64,000 nucleotides of DNA from an uncultured bacterium (GTDB lineage: Bacteria > Patescibacteriota > Microgenomatia > Levybacterales > UBA12049), in NCBI GenBank assembly GCA_963826535.1, contig CAWGXL010000010.1, forward strand, positions 234,814 to 298,813, written 5' to 3'. The translations under genes and the position numbers were made by a program. The notes under the pieces were generated by a model that was given only the letters and a program-made list of their open reading frames with translations, was not told the origin of the DNA and ran no database searches. This document shows positions 28,075-39,754 of the stretch, piece after piece (position 1 is the stretch's first letter; every line of letters starts with the position of its first letter).

Positions 28075-29253
28075 TTTTATTACTTTTTCGTATTTATTAA
28101 ATATATATATTACTAAAAGTCCAAGTGGGAAGTAAATTAAAGTTAATTTAGGATGGTAAGCCATAGTGACTACATTAATCATGCTACCAATAGCTAGAAA
28201 ACCTAGTAAGTACCCTTTTTTATAATGTGATGCAAGTAAAAAAGCGCAAAGAATCAAAGGTATGAAAGCCTGATAAGAATATCTCAAACTCGACACCATA
28301 ACCCACGGCTCCGCTGAAGTTGGAAAAGTAAAGTAGAGAAATAAATTAACAAAACCGAGAATATAAAGGCGATTTATACCAAAAATATTAATTTGTTTTT
28401 TATAAAATTTTATATATAGAAAAAAGCCGAATGTTAGAAATATAATTAATATCCAAATATTATATTCACCAAATACCGCATCAAACATTTGAAATGGTTG
28501 TTTTAAAGTTTCGTCTAATACATTAACTTGATAGTAGTTAACTCCCTTGAATCCAAGTACTGGCAAAGGATAAAATGGATTTTGAAGATATATATAGTTT
28601 CTTACATACCAAAAAAGCCCGAATATGGAAAAAGGGATAAAAAAAGCTATTAAATTCTTTAAATTAAGATAACGGATTATACTTCTAAAGTAGACAATTA
28701 GAAGTAATAAAAAGAATATACAACCGGTATATTTTGTACCAATCAGCATGCCAAGTACAAATCCAAGTTTAACAAAATATTTAATTTCTTTTTTAGGATG
28801 TTCAAGTAGTATAACGCCGAGAAGAAAGAATATACAAAGCCAAACATCTATACTTACCGCATTATACCACCGGACAAATACATTAAGAGTACAAATCGTA
28901 GTTGCAAAAAGTAATGACCAATAATAACGCATACGAAATATTAAACCCAATTTAAAGCACACAAAAAATAAAACAATAACAGCCAGGATATTTGAAAGGG
29001 TTAAGGGAATACCCAGAATAATTAATAGGGAATTTATAGCCTCCGATGATCCGGGAAAATATTGTCCTACAACTTTATAATCGGATGGATGTAGAAAGCT
29101 ACCATCTAAAATAGATTTAGAAATTGGAATATGATAATCCCAACTGTCACCCGGCGCTGGAACGGGGTTAATCAACCCTATATATGCATAATGAACGACA
29201 TAATATAAGAAAATAATAATACCTACATGAGATAATGTCTTTATTATTTGCAT
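28069..29253 (-). CDS. Polytopic membrane protein, putative GT-C glycosyltransferase (GT39/83-like)
   Basis: 394 aa, multi-TM, aromatic-rich. Confidence 0.4.
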   Translation of the reverse strand: MQIIKTLSHVGIIIFLYYVVHYAYIGLINPVPAPGDSWDYHIPISKSILDGSFLHPSDYKVVGQYFPGSSEAINSLLIILGIPLTLSNILAVIVLFFVCFKLGLIFRMRYYWSLLFATTICTLNVFVRWYNAVSIDVWLCIFFLLGVILLEHPKKEIKYFVKLGFVLGMLIGTKYTGCIFFLLLLIVYFRSIIRYLNLKNLIAFFIPFSIFGLFWYVRNYIYLQNPFYPLPVLGFKGVNYYQVNVLDETLKQPFQMFDAVFGEYNIWILIIFLTFGFFLYIKFYKKQINIFGINRLYILGFVNLFLYFTFPTSAEPWVMVSSLRYSYQAFIPLILCAFLLASHYKKGYLLGFLAIGSMINVVTMAYHPKLTLIYFPLGLLVIYIFNKYEKVIKL

Positions 29254-29307
29254 TATTTTTATTTTATCACTAAGCCAGATATTAGAGTAGAAGCTGTAGT
29301 TTTAATG

Positions 29308-30918
29308 TACAATATGAATATGTTTAAATTTGCACTTTTGTTAGGAATATTTTCTTATTTACTTTTTGCTCTTGGGTTATCGGGTTTATTATATGAACAT
29401 TTAATTATTTGGCTAACATTGAGTTATTGGGGTATAGCTACTTATTGGAGGAGGAAAAGTTTAATTTACTTATTTAGTAGTTTAATTAGAAATATTAAAA
29501 TTAAAGATAAACTCTTCTTTCTATTTTTTTTCCTTTTATTAAGTCAAGCGCTTGTCAATTTAATAGGAGCTTTGGGTCCGGAATTAGCTTTTGATGCATT
29601 GTGGTATCACTTAACTATTCCAAAAATATGGTTAAGTAATCATCAAATTAATTTTATACCCGGTGGATTACTTTATTACAGTGCAATGCCGAAATTAGCA
29701 GAATTATTATACACTGCAGGTCTGGCAATCGGCAATGAATTATTGCCAAAATTAATCCATTTCTCATTTGGCTTGTTGACATGTATTGCTATTTATAAAT
29801 TAGCACGAAAATTTTTCGCCCCAATTATTTCACTTCTTGCTGTAATAATTTTTTATTTTAATTTAGTTGTAGGCTGGGAATCCATAACTGCATATATTGA
29901 CTTAACACGAACATTTTTTGAAGTTATGGCTCTTTGGGCTTTTATCAATTGGTGGGAAGCGGGAAAAAAGAAGTGGATAATAATATCTGCGTTAATGGTC
30001 GGATTTGCAATTACAACAAAAATTCTCGCTCTCAGTTCGCTGCTCATATTTACAATACTTATTCTCTATAAAGGGTATACGCAAAAGCACAAGATCCATT
30101 TAGCTCATCTTTCTGGAATCCTATTATACTGGACACTATGTCTTATGGTGCCAATGCCATGGTTTATTTTTTCCTATTTTAATACGGGTAACCCAATATA
30201 TCCATTTTTCACCGAAATTTATCAAATTATTCCATCGCAATTTAGTATGACCAGTATAGTAAATGATATCGTAAATCTATTTATCTATTCTCCTGACCCT
30301 CTTTCACCTTTATATTTTATCTTCCTCCCACTAATAATTTTTATTTTTACGAAGTTTAAATCAGAAATTAAAATTATAACCATCTATTCCATATTTTCAA
30401 TTGTGTTGTGGAATTTTACTCCCAGAACTGGTGGAGGTAGATTTATACTTCCATATTTGCCAGCCATGTCAATTATCTGCGCTGCGTGTTTACATTTCTT
30501 AATTGAAAATAAGAAAAAATATGGCGCTTATTTTCCAGGAATTTTAATAATCATAATTATTGTAGTTTCTCTAATCTCTATTAGTTATCGTTTCATAGCA
30601 AATGCTAAATACCTTCCTGTTATTTTAGGAAGAGAAACAAAACATGAGTTTTTGGTAAACAATCTCAACTTTTCTTTTGGTGATTTTTATGATACTGACA
30701 AATATTTTGAAAAAAACATAAAATCAGATGATAAAATTTTGCTATTTGGATTTCATAATCTATATTATGTTGATTTTCAGTATATTGACTCATCTTGGCA
30801 AAAAGATAAAGATAAGTTTAATTATATCGCTACACAAAATATAAAGCTTCCGGAAAAGTATAAAAATTGGAAGCTCATATATGTAAATGAGAAAACAATG
30901 GTAAAATTATATAAGTGA
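29308..30918 (+). CDS. Polytopic membrane protein, putative GT-C glycosyltransferase
   Basis: Multi-TM N-terminal domain plus C-terminal soluble domain. Start chosen at internal Met 29308 (ORF track 29248). Confidence 0.4.
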   Translation, partial: YNMNMFKFALLLGIFSYLLFALGLSGLLYEHLIIWLTLSYWGIATYWRRKSLIYLFSSLIRNIKIKDKLFFLFFFLLLSQALVNLIGALGPELAFDALWYHLTIPKIWLSNHQINFIPGGLLYYSAMPKLAELLYTAGLAIGNELLPKLIHFSFGLLTCIAIYKLARKFFAPIISLLAVIIFYFNLVVGWESITAYIDLTRTFFEVMALWAFINWWEAGKKKWIIISALMVGFAITTKILALSSLLIFTILILYKGYTQKHKIHLAHLSGILLYWTLCLMVPMPWFIFSYFNTGNPIYPFFTEIYQIIPSQFSMTSIVNDIVNLFIYSPDPLSPLYFIFLPLIIFIFTKFKSEIKIITIYSIFSIVLWNFTPRTGGGRFILPYLPAMSIICAACLHFLIENKKKYGAYFPGILIIIIIVVSLISISYRFIANAKYLPVILGRETKHEFLVNNLNFSFGDFYDTDKYFEKNIKSDDKILLFGFHNLYYVDFQYIDSSWQKDKDKFNYIATQNIKLPEKYKNWKLIYVNEKTMVKLYK

Positions 30919-30919
30919 C

Positions 30920-32152
30920 TTGGGATTATTAATGAAATTCCTAAAACTACTATTCATATTAATTTTTATCCTTTTTCCCTTTGGTGAGTTATTGCGGTTT
31001 GAAATAGGAAACAATATAGCAATTAAGCCGCTCGATATAGCAGTCGGACTAGCTGCTGCAAATTGGTTAGTTTTAACACTATTCAAAAAACACAAACCCA
31101 AACTCATTCACTGGCTGTTTTTAGCCTTTCCTTTAATTGGCTTCCTTTCTTTGATTATTAGCAGTAACTGGTTAAAACCGCATGAATTCTTAACTAGCTT
31201 TCTTTATTTAGTTCGTTGGGTATCATACGCATCTATATTTTTTATAGTAATGGGTTTTGACAGGTCATTCAAAAAGATAATATGGTTTATAATGATTTTT
31301 GACGGACTGATAATTCTATTAGTAGGCTTTATACAATATTACTTTTATTCTAGTCTTAAGAGTCTTTATTATTTAGGTTGGGATGAACATTTGCACCGGA
31401 TGTTTTCAGTTTTCCTTGACCCAAATTACGCCGGCTCGTTTTTTGTTTTATACTTTTTATTTAATGGGGGACTGCTTTACAAAAGTATAATCAAGGCAAA
31501 AGAAAATAAACCGGCAAGTAAAAATTTAAATAATTATTTACTAAGCATTATTCTATTTTTAACGCTGATTGCTATATTTTTAACTTTTTCAAGATCTGCA
31601 ATTTTAATGCTCATTACTGGATCTATAACATTTTGTATACTGATTAAAAGAAAAAAATTCGTAATTTTTGTCTTAACAGCTATTTTACTATTTGGTATCA
31701 CTGCGTCTCCAAAATTTTATGATGAGAACATGAATATATTTAGGCAAAACTCAAGTGAGGCTCGTATAGACAATTACATAACCGCACTAACAATCATACG
31801 AGACCACCCATTAGTGGGCGTTGGATTTAATAGTTATCGTTATACTAAAGAATTGTATGGGCTGGATCATGATTGGGTTGACGCGCCGTCACATGCAGAT
31901 GCTGGTGTAGACAACAGTTTACTTTTTGTACTAGCCACAACCGGAATAATTGGACTAACAGCTTACTTAGGAATTTGGAGAGTGATTATTAATAAGTCAT
32001 GGCATTATTACACAAAAAAAAGATCTTCTATTGCTATTGTTGTAATAGCTTCAGGAACTGGCATTCTTATCAACTCTTTTTTTATAAATAGTCTCTTTTT
32101 TGCCCCGCTAATGCTCTGGATGTGGGCGGTCATAGGATTAATGGAAGATTAA
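30920..32152 (+). CDS. O-antigen ligase (WaaL)/Wzy-like membrane protein
   Basis: Multi-TM protein with a periplasmic loop. ...NSYRYTKELYGLDHDWVDAPSHADAGVDNSLL is typical of the O-antigen ligase family. Confidence 0.55.
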   Translation: MGLLMKFLKLLFILIFILFPFGELLRFEIGNNIAIKPLDIAVGLAAANWLVLTLFKKHKPKLIHWLFLAFPLIGFLSLIISSNWLKPHEFLTSFLYLVRWVSYASIFFIVMGFDRSFKKIIWFIMIFDGLIILLVGFIQYYFYSSLKSLYYLGWDEHLHRMFSVFLDPNYAGSFFVLYFLFNGGLLYKSIIKAKENKPASKNLNNYLLSIILFLTLIAIFLTFSRSAILMLITGSITFCILIKRKKFVIFVLTAILLFGITASPKFYDENMNIFRQNSSEARIDNYITALTIIRDHPLVGVGFNSYRYTKELYGLDHDWVDAPSHADAGVDNSLLFVLATTGIIGLTAYLGIWRVIINKSWHYYTKKRSSIAIVVIASGTGILINSFFINSLFFAPLMLWMWAVIGLMED

Positions 32153-32157
32153 CTAAG

Positions 32158-32871
32158 CTATTCAATTTTCACAACAACTTCCTTTTCAGTTTTGTTACCC
32201 GCCTCATCAGATGCTACTATCTTTATTTTATTATCACCTTTTTGTAAATTTAATAAATATGAAAAATTTCCCAGGTTATCAATAATCGCCCAATATCCAT
32301 TTACGGTTACCTGTGCGTCTCCATCTGTTTTTCCCTCGACATTAATATTGCTACTATTTGATATAATTTGTTGATCGTTTGGATATTTAACTTCCAAAGC
32401 TGGTGATTTATTTTTGTATACAATATGAATATTTTGAGAATATTGACTTTCTTTATTGTTGGATTCTATTGATTTTGCCTTTATATCATTTTCTCCATTA
32501 GCAAGAATAACATTGTTGATAACAAAATTTTTATCCTCATCTGATTTTATCTGTTTAATATACTTACCGTTTAGATAAAGTTTAACCGTTTGATTTGGTA
32601 ACGCAGAACCGGAAATTGTAATCTGGGCACTATTTGTAGCACTTGGAAGGAGATTAAGTACAGGCGGGGGTATATAGTTCGAATTATTTACAGAAATAGA
32701 ACTTTCATTACTCCCCCTAAAATTTTCAACGAATAAACTAAAATTAATAAGTAGAGGTACTCCATAAAAAAAGAACACTAAAATTAAGAAAAAAAAACCT
32801 ATAATAATAAGAATTATATTTCGCGCGTAGCGCTTATGGGACAGTTGCTCAAGTCTGGATTTTTTTACCAT
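32158..32871 (-). CDS. Membrane-anchored protein with bacterial Ig-like domains
   Basis: N-terminal TM helix, then beta-rich Ig-like repeats. Confidence 0.45.
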   Translation of the reverse strand: MVKKSRLEQLSHKRYARNIILIIIGFFFLILVFFFYGVPLLINFSLFVENFRGSNESSISVNNSNYIPPPVLNLLPSATNSAQITISGSALPNQTVKLYLNGKYIKQIKSDEDKNFVINNVILANGENDIKAKSIESNNKESQYSQNIHIVYKNKSPALEVKYPNDQQIISNSSNINVEGKTDGDAQVTVNGYWAIIDNLGNFSYLLNLQKGDNKIKIVASDEAGNKTEKEVVVKIE

Positions 32872-32872
32872 G

Positions 32873-32944
32873 AGCCTACGGTCGGATTTGAACTGACAAC
32901 CTGCGGTTTACGATACCGCTGCTCTACCGTTGAGCTACGTAGGC
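32873..32944 (-). tRNA. tRNA-Thr (anticodon CGT)
   Basis: On the minus strand: GCCTACG TA GCTC AACGGTA GAGC A GCGGT ATCGTAA ACCGC AGGTT GTCAG TTCAAAT CCGAC CGTAGGC T. This gives a cloverleaf with a 7-bp acceptor, U33, anticodon CGU and A37. Confidence 0.8.
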
Positions 32945-33254
32945 ATTCAATACTGATATTTTACGAAATATAATATAATAAGGCAAATCCTAAAAACTGA
33001 GTTTTATTAAAATAAATTTAAAACTTGAAGCTAAATTTTTAAATTTAAACCTTATGACTTAGCAATTATTTTAAATGACTGCTAATTTTATAAAGCAGCA
33101 TAGCCACTTTTATTTTTACTAGCAAATTTCTTTGTCAACTGCTAATAAATCAGTTTAACTTTAAAAACTTATGCGTATTTTACGAATAATATATAAATAA
33201 AAACGAAATCGTATAAAAATGATAGTCAAATTGAAATATATTACAGTATATATT

Positions 33255-33686
33255 TTACCCTTGTGGTACTGGAGTTCGTTGTCTTCGTCTACGGTTTGCA
33301 ACATGTAATTCTGAAACTGCACGTCTCAGATCCGCCTGAGCAACGGCAAAATCTCGCTCACTTAAGCCTTCTTTAGTTTTCTTCAAAATCTCCTCAGCCC
33401 GTTTCTTTGCAGCTAGCGCTTTCTCAACTTCAATTTCCTCTGAATGAATAGCATAATCCGCAAGTATGGTCACCCCTTCTTTCCCGACTTCAAGAAATCC
33501 CCCGGTAATAGCATAGTTTTGCTCCCGGCCTTTTATCTTCAAAATCATTTCACCTGGGTTTACAGCCGTTACCAAAGGCATATGATGTGGTAGAATGCCT
33601 ATCTGACCGCTTGGCGTATTCACTATCAATTCATCAATCTCTTCATTTAGAACCGTTTTATTAGGAGTAATTACCGCAAGATGCAT
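33255..33686 (-). CDS. atpC: ATP synthase F1 epsilon subunit
   Basis: MHLAVITPNKTVLNEEIDELIVNTPSGQIGILPHHMPLVTAV. Confidence 0.85.
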   Translation of the reverse strand: MHLAVITPNKTVLNEEIDELIVNTPSGQIGILPHHMPLVTAVNPGEMILKIKGREQNYAITGGFLEVGKEGVTILADYAIHSEEIEVEKALAAKKRAEEILKKTKEGLSERDFAVAQADLRRAVSELHVANRRRRQRTPVPQG

Positions 33687-33697
33687 ACTTTTATAAT

Positions 33698-35125
<1,428 letters not shown>

Positions 35126-35196
35126 TTATTATTGCGAGTGACAGCAATGTAACGCAGTTCCGCTTAGCCGGGCTTCATCAATCTCCCTCTCAATTT

Positions 35197-36060
35197 TTAC
35201 GTCGCCAATCCAGCCCCGGTAATATCTAATAATTCACTTGTAATTTTTGCCTGCCTGGTCTTGTTGTACTCAAGTTTTAGATCTTCAATAATATCATTTG
35301 CGTTTGTTGTGGCATTTTGCATCGTAATCATACGACTTGCCTGTTCGGATGCAAAGCTTTCCAGGAAGAAATGATAAAGAGACATCTCTAAATGATGCCG
35401 TAACAATTCAGGTAGGATCTCTAATGGGCTCGGTTCAAAAACATAAGGTAGATCAGGTATTTTATCCACTGCAGTTTCCTCTGATAATTTGACAGGCAAT
35501 AGCGTTGTACTGGTCGGACTTTGAGAGAAGAAGCTTACGAAATCAGTATAGAGCACTTTTACTTTGTCAACTTTACCACCCAAATAATACTCGTCAATAA
35601 TTTTAATAATCGGATAAATTATGTCAAAGGCTGGGGTTGTCGTCCCGAAATGAAAGTTAGCTACTACCTGCTGGTTCATTCGCACAACCTGACCTTCAAT
35701 TTTGCGACCTACTACAATACACAAAGAATCAGCGCTGGTTTTTTGATAATCTATAAATGCTCTTAAAAGGTTTGAAACTAATCCTCCACACAAACCCTTA
35801 TCTGGCGCGAGAATTACCAATAAGGTTTTTCCACTTCTTGTATCATTTTTAACGTAAGGGTGGTTAAAAGTCCCTTTATCAATTTTGCTAACAACGTTAT
35901 GAGTTAAAATATCCAATAGTTTCACATATGGCCGGGTGGATATAGCAGCGTTTTGAGCCTTCTTCAGCTTTGATGCCGAAATCATCTGCATAGCTTTAGT
36001 CGTTTTTGAGACATTTCTTGCAGCTTGTATCCTTCTTTTTAATGAAATTATTGTTGCCAT
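35197..36060 (-). CDS. atpG: ATP synthase F1 gamma subunit
   Basis: Conserved gamma N- and C-termini (...ITSELLDITGAGLAT). Confidence 0.85.
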   Translation of the reverse strand: MATIISLKRRIQAARNVSKTTKAMQMISASKLKKAQNAAISTRPYVKLLDILTHNVVSKIDKGTFNHPYVKNDTRSGKTLLVILAPDKGLCGGLVSNLLRAFIDYQKTSADSLCIVVGRKIEGQVVRMNQQVVANFHFGTTTPAFDIIYPIIKIIDEYYLGGKVDKVKVLYTDFVSFFSQSPTSTTLLPVKLSEETAVDKIPDLPYVFEPSPLEILPELLRHHLEMSLYHFFLESFASEQASRMITMQNATTNANDIIEDLKLEYNKTRQAKITSELLDITGAGLAT

Positions 36061-36063
36061 AAT

Positions 36064-37605
36064 TTAAACTGTAAATCTTTTTTTAAATTCGTGCACTAAC
36101 TTTTCCAATAATTTGATCTTTGTTTCATCAAGTTTTTTCCCATCTTCCAGCTCCTCTAATACTTTCTGGTTTGTAGTGCGGGCATAGTTAATAATTTCCT
36201 TCTCAAATCGGCTTACATTATGTGCTGGTATATCGTCAATATTTCCACTGGTTACAGACCAGATGGACAATATTTCTTCCGCCTCTGAATACGGCTGATA
36301 CTGTTCCTGTTTAAGTATCTCAGTCAATTTGAGACCTCGGTCAAGCTGCTTTTGGGTTGCCGGATCAAGCTCGCTTCCGAATTGCGCAAACGCAGCCAAT
36401 TCCCTGTATTGAGCCAATTCCAGACGCATTTTTCCGGCTACAGATTTCATAGCCCCTGTCTGCGCTGCGCCGCCAACTCTGGAAACCGAATTGCCTGCGT
36501 TAATTGCCGGTCTGATTCCTACATTAAATAAATTCCCTTCCAGAAAAATTTGCCCATCAGTGATAGAAATAACATTTGTCGGAATATATGCTGAAATATC
36601 ACCGGCCTGAGTTTCAATAATCGGCAGTGCAGTAATTGACCCGCCGCCATTTTTCGCGTTTAGCTTAACTGCACGCTCCAGAAGTCTACTATGCAGATAA
36701 AATATATCCCCCGGATATGCTTCACGTCCGGCTGGTCTTCTCAGTACAAGTGAAATTTGTCTATATGCCCATGCGTGTTTTGTCAAATCATCATAAACAA
36801 TTAGCACGTCGTTACCCTTTTCCATAAAATACTCAGCTATTGCGCACCCTCCATAGGGAGCCAGATATTGAAGAGCTGCGGGTGCAGAAGCGCCCGCGAC
36901 CACAACTATAGTGTAATCCATTGCGCCCTCTTCTTTAAGTCTGCTTACAATTTGTGCAATAGAACCTTCCTTTTGTCCGATTGCCACATAAATACAAATT
37001 ACAGGTTTCAATTTCCCCTGTGTTTTTTTACTTTTTGCTTGGAATCGTTTCTGATTGATAATAGTATCTACGGCAATCGCTGTCTTACCCAAACCTCGGT
37101 CGCCGATGATGAGTTCTCTCTGTCCACGACCTATCGGTATCATCGCGTCAATAGGTTTTATCCCGGTCTTCAGAGGTGTGTCAACTGGATCTCTTTGCAC
37201 GACCCCCGCGGCAATCCTCTCAAGCGGCATAGATTTGCCGTTTTTAATGCGTGACAACCCATCAAGTGGTTCGCCCATTGGAGAAATAACTCTCCCAAGA
37301 AGATCTTCAGATGCGTCCACCGATAAAACTTTTCCCGTTCTACTAACTTTATCTCCTTCTTTTATTCTTAAATTCTGTTCCAACAAGATAATTGATACAT
37401 TATCCTCATTAAGATTGAAGACAACACCGGTCGCACCTTTTTCAAAACTTACAATTTCAGCCATTCCGGCCTCTGATAATCCGGAGCAACTTATAACTCC
37501 GTCCTGATTCGTCTCAACGATACCAATGTTTTCCGAATTTTTCTCAGCTGAAAAAGTATGTATTCTGTTTTCTAATTGTTTTAAAATATCTTGACTGTCT
37601 ATCAT
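36064..37605 (-). CDS. atpA: ATP synthase F1 alpha subunit
   Basis: Walker A GDRGLGKT. 513 aa. Confidence 0.95.
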   Translation of the reverse strand: MIDSQDILKQLENRIHTFSAEKNSENIGIVETNQDGVISCSGLSEAGMAEIVSFEKGATGVVFNLNEDNVSIILLEQNLRIKEGDKVSRTGKVLSVDASEDLLGRVISPMGEPLDGLSRIKNGKSMPLERIAAGVVQRDPVDTPLKTGIKPIDAMIPIGRGQRELIIGDRGLGKTAIAVDTIINQKRFQAKSKKTQGKLKPVICIYVAIGQKEGSIAQIVSRLKEEGAMDYTIVVVAGASAPAALQYLAPYGGCAIAEYFMEKGNDVLIVYDDLTKHAWAYRQISLVLRRPAGREAYPGDIFYLHSRLLERAVKLNAKNGGGSITALPIIETQAGDISAYIPTNVISITDGQIFLEGNLFNVGIRPAINAGNSVSRVGGAAQTGAMKSVAGKMRLELAQYRELAAFAQFGSELDPATQKQLDRGLKLTEILKQEQYQPYSEAEEILSIWSVTSGNIDDIPAHNVSRFEKEIINYARTTNQKVLEELEDGKKLDETKIKLLEKLVHEFKKRFTV

Positions 37606-37955
37606 AAAGATCTGTCTAAATAAACTCTCAACTGTTCCAAAACCCCATTCATATTAAAATTATATACCATATCATTCTCAATTATCCGTATTCCTAGAAG
37701 TAGCTCATAATCTTTCCGGAAATTAACTTGTTTATTTGGGAACAAATCCTCCAACAACTTTTTATTTTGTGCGCTTAAATCAAATGAATGATCAATATAA
37801 ACATTCATTTTACTCTCTTTACTCTTCAAGGCCTTAAAATATACCCGCAACTCAGCCCTGGTTAAATGGTTTATTATATTATTAACAATCTTATTATCCA
37901 GCCTATTATCCACATAACTTGCTTCGGCTAATTTTGAAATCTGTTTTTTGTCCAT
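37602..37955 (-). CDS. atpH: ATP synthase delta (OSCP) subunit, short form
   Basis: Position between atpF and atpA. 117 aa, shorter than a typical delta of about 180 aa. Confidence 0.6.
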   Translation of the reverse strand: MDKKQISKLAEASYVDNRLDNKIVNNIINHLTRAELRVYFKALKSKESKMNVYIDHSFDLSAQNKKLLEDLFPNKQVNFRKDYELLLGIRIIENDMVYNFNMNGVLEQLRVYLDRSL

Positions 37956-38461
37956 TAATCTACCTTCTTTCTTATCTTTTGAATTGCATTCTTAATTATA
38001 TCCTCTTGATCCTCTTTACTGAATATCTGAACTGTTGATTTCTGTAGAAGTTCTATTGCCAGTCCGCTTATTTGCATGGAGAGTACTCTCTGCGCTTCTT
38101 TTGTCTCTAAGACGATTTGCTTTTTAGCGTCCTCCAAAACTTTTTGAGCCTGTATCTTAGCTTTTGCTTCAGTAGCAGTCAGGATCTGTTCACTTTGTTT
38201 TCTTGTTTCCTCAAGCAACTTTTTAGCTTCTAATTGTGCCCGTTTCAATACATCTTTTTCCTTCACCACAGTTTTCTCCAGAAGCAACCGTGACTCTTCA
38301 GCCTGCTTCAACCCTTCTTTAATTGTTTCCTGACGCTTTTTTAATACATCCAGGATCTTTTTATAAAAAAACCTTTTTAAAATATATAAAACAATTAAAA
38401 AGTTTACTATCTGAGCACTAAGAAGTACCAGATCTACCCCAAAATTTTTAAAAATTTCCAT
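37955..38461 (-). CDS. atpF: ATP synthase Fo subunit b
   Basis: N-terminal TM helix plus a long charged helix. Position in the operon. Confidence 0.8.
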   Translation of the reverse strand: MEIFKNFGVDLVLLSAQIVNFLIVLYILKRFFYKKILDVLKKRQETIKEGLKQAEESRLLLEKTVVKEKDVLKRAQLEAKKLLEETRKQSEQILTATEAKAKIQAQKVLEDAKKQIVLETKEAQRVLSMQISGLAIELLQKSTVQIFSKEDQEDIIKNAIQKIRKKVD

Positions 38462-38490
38462 AATAAATTAATTTTTCCTTTTACCTTATC

Positions 38491-38591
38491 TTGTCATCCC
38501 TTCCGCCAGCTGGCGGATCATAATCTCAAGCGTTTGGGATCTTGAATTAAATTCAGAGCCTGTCCTGAAGTTCTTTCAGGGATGACAGTAC
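38491..38591. repeat. Family-1 MITE-like element (TTGTCATCCC...CAGGGATGACAGTA) containing the perfect palindrome CCGCCAGCTGGCGG
   Basis: Terminal inverted repeats match the other family-1 copies. Sits between atpF and atpE. Confidence 0.7.
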
Positions 38592-38601
38592 TTAAAACAC
38601 T

Positions 38602-38811
38602 TTATATCTTAATAAACGCAAAGATAAGTGAATAAATAGCTATTGCCTCTGCGAATGCCATGCCCAATAACATGATTGGGATAATTTTTCCAGATGCATC
38701 CGGATTGCGTCCAATTGCTTCCACAGCCTTAGCTCCAATAAATCCTACCCCAATCGCCGGGCCTAAACCTCCAACTGCAACAATAATACCTCCTGTAACA
38801 CTAATTTCCAT
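38602..38811 (-). CDS. atpE: ATP synthase Fo subunit c
   Basis: 69-aa hairpin proteolipid with a conserved carboxylate (AEAIAIY). Confidence 0.9.
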   Translation of the reverse strand: MEISVTGGIIVAVGGLGPAIGVGFIGAKAVEAIGRNPDASGKIIPIMLLGMAFAEAIAIYSLIFAFIKI

Positions 38812-38882
38812 AAATAACTCACCTCCTTTTAGAAGCTCTTAACGATCCCGATTCAATCGGGAGAGTTCTAGTGCTTCTTAAA

Positions 38883-38952
38883 CCCGCCGCTAAAGCGCTC
38901 TTCAAGCCGTGTACAAATAGTACTGAAAAGGTTTGAAGTAAGCTTAGGCGGG
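38883..38952. repeat. Family-2 palindromic repeat, copy B
   Basis: CCCGCCGCTAAAGCGCTCTTCAAGCCGTGTACAAATAGTACTGAAAAGGTTTGAAGTAAGCTTAGGCGGG. Sits between atpB and atpE. Confidence 0.8.
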
Positions 38953-38955
38953 TTA

Positions 38956-39744
38956 TTACCCATGCGCGCTTTCACTATGCGGTGTCATAAGCATTGACAT
39001 AAATACCAAAGTTAACATTGAAAACACCATTGCTTGTACTACACCGACAAGAATTTCCAACATTATAAATGGAATTGGCAACAAAAAGGCAAAAAGAGAC
39101 CCAATTGTTGCCAAAAGTATTTCTCCTGCAAATATATTACCAAAAAGTCGGAAAGAAAGCGAGATGAGTTTTGTAATTTCAGAAACTATCTCCAAAAGAC
39201 CTACAAATAAATTTAGAGGATTTAAAGAGAAGTAACGGCTTAAATATTCTTTAATTCCAACTGTGCTGATAGCAAAAAAATGTGTAGCGAAAAGAGAAAT
39301 CAAAGTAAGTGCCAAAGTCATATTTAAATCACTCGTAGCATTTCGAAATATCGGTACTAAATTGCCATGCTCTTTTAGCCCTATAGAGCCATGTCCGGGA
39401 ATTAACCCTGACCAGTTGGTAATAAGTATAACTATAAAAAAACTCATGAAGTAGGGGAATATCTTAATTGTGTGTTTGCCTGCGATTGTCTCTGTTAAAT
39501 CATAAAAAGTTTCGACCAATAATTCCATGATATTTTGAAACATCCCGGGAATTTTTCTAAAATTTTTATTCAAGGCATAAACTCCACCTATAATAAGTGC
39601 ATCAACTACAAGAGTATTCAACACAGTGTTAGTTACACCAAAAGATCCAATATGAAAAATTACCTCAGGAGCCAGTTCAGTCATATAATTCTCGTATTTT
39701 TTTACTTTATCATTAATAATTAGCCTGTTTAAATTAACAAACAA
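38956..39744 (-). CDS. atpB: ATP synthase Fo subunit a
   Basis: LSFRLFGNIFAGE contains the conserved Arg. Confidence 0.9.
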   Translation of the reverse strand: MFVNLNRLIINDKVKKYENYMTELAPEVIFHIGSFGVTNTVLNTLVVDALIIGGVYALNKNFRKIPGMFQNIMELLVETFYDLTETIAGKHTIKIFPYFMSFFIVILITNWSGLIPGHGSIGLKEHGNLVPIFRNATSDLNMTLALTLISLFATHFFAISTVGIKEYLSRYFSLNPLNLFVGLLEIVSEITKLISLSFRLFGNIFAGEILLATIGSLFAFLLPIPFIMLEILVGVVQAMVFSMLTLVFMSMLMTPHSESAHG

Positions 39745-39754
39745 TGCATATTAG

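Noticed and set aside
22317-32871. Glycosylation locus as a horizontally acquired island
   Set aside because: No flanking direct repeats, integrase or marked compositional shift was observed. The adjacent tRNA-Thr is suggestive but not sufficient.
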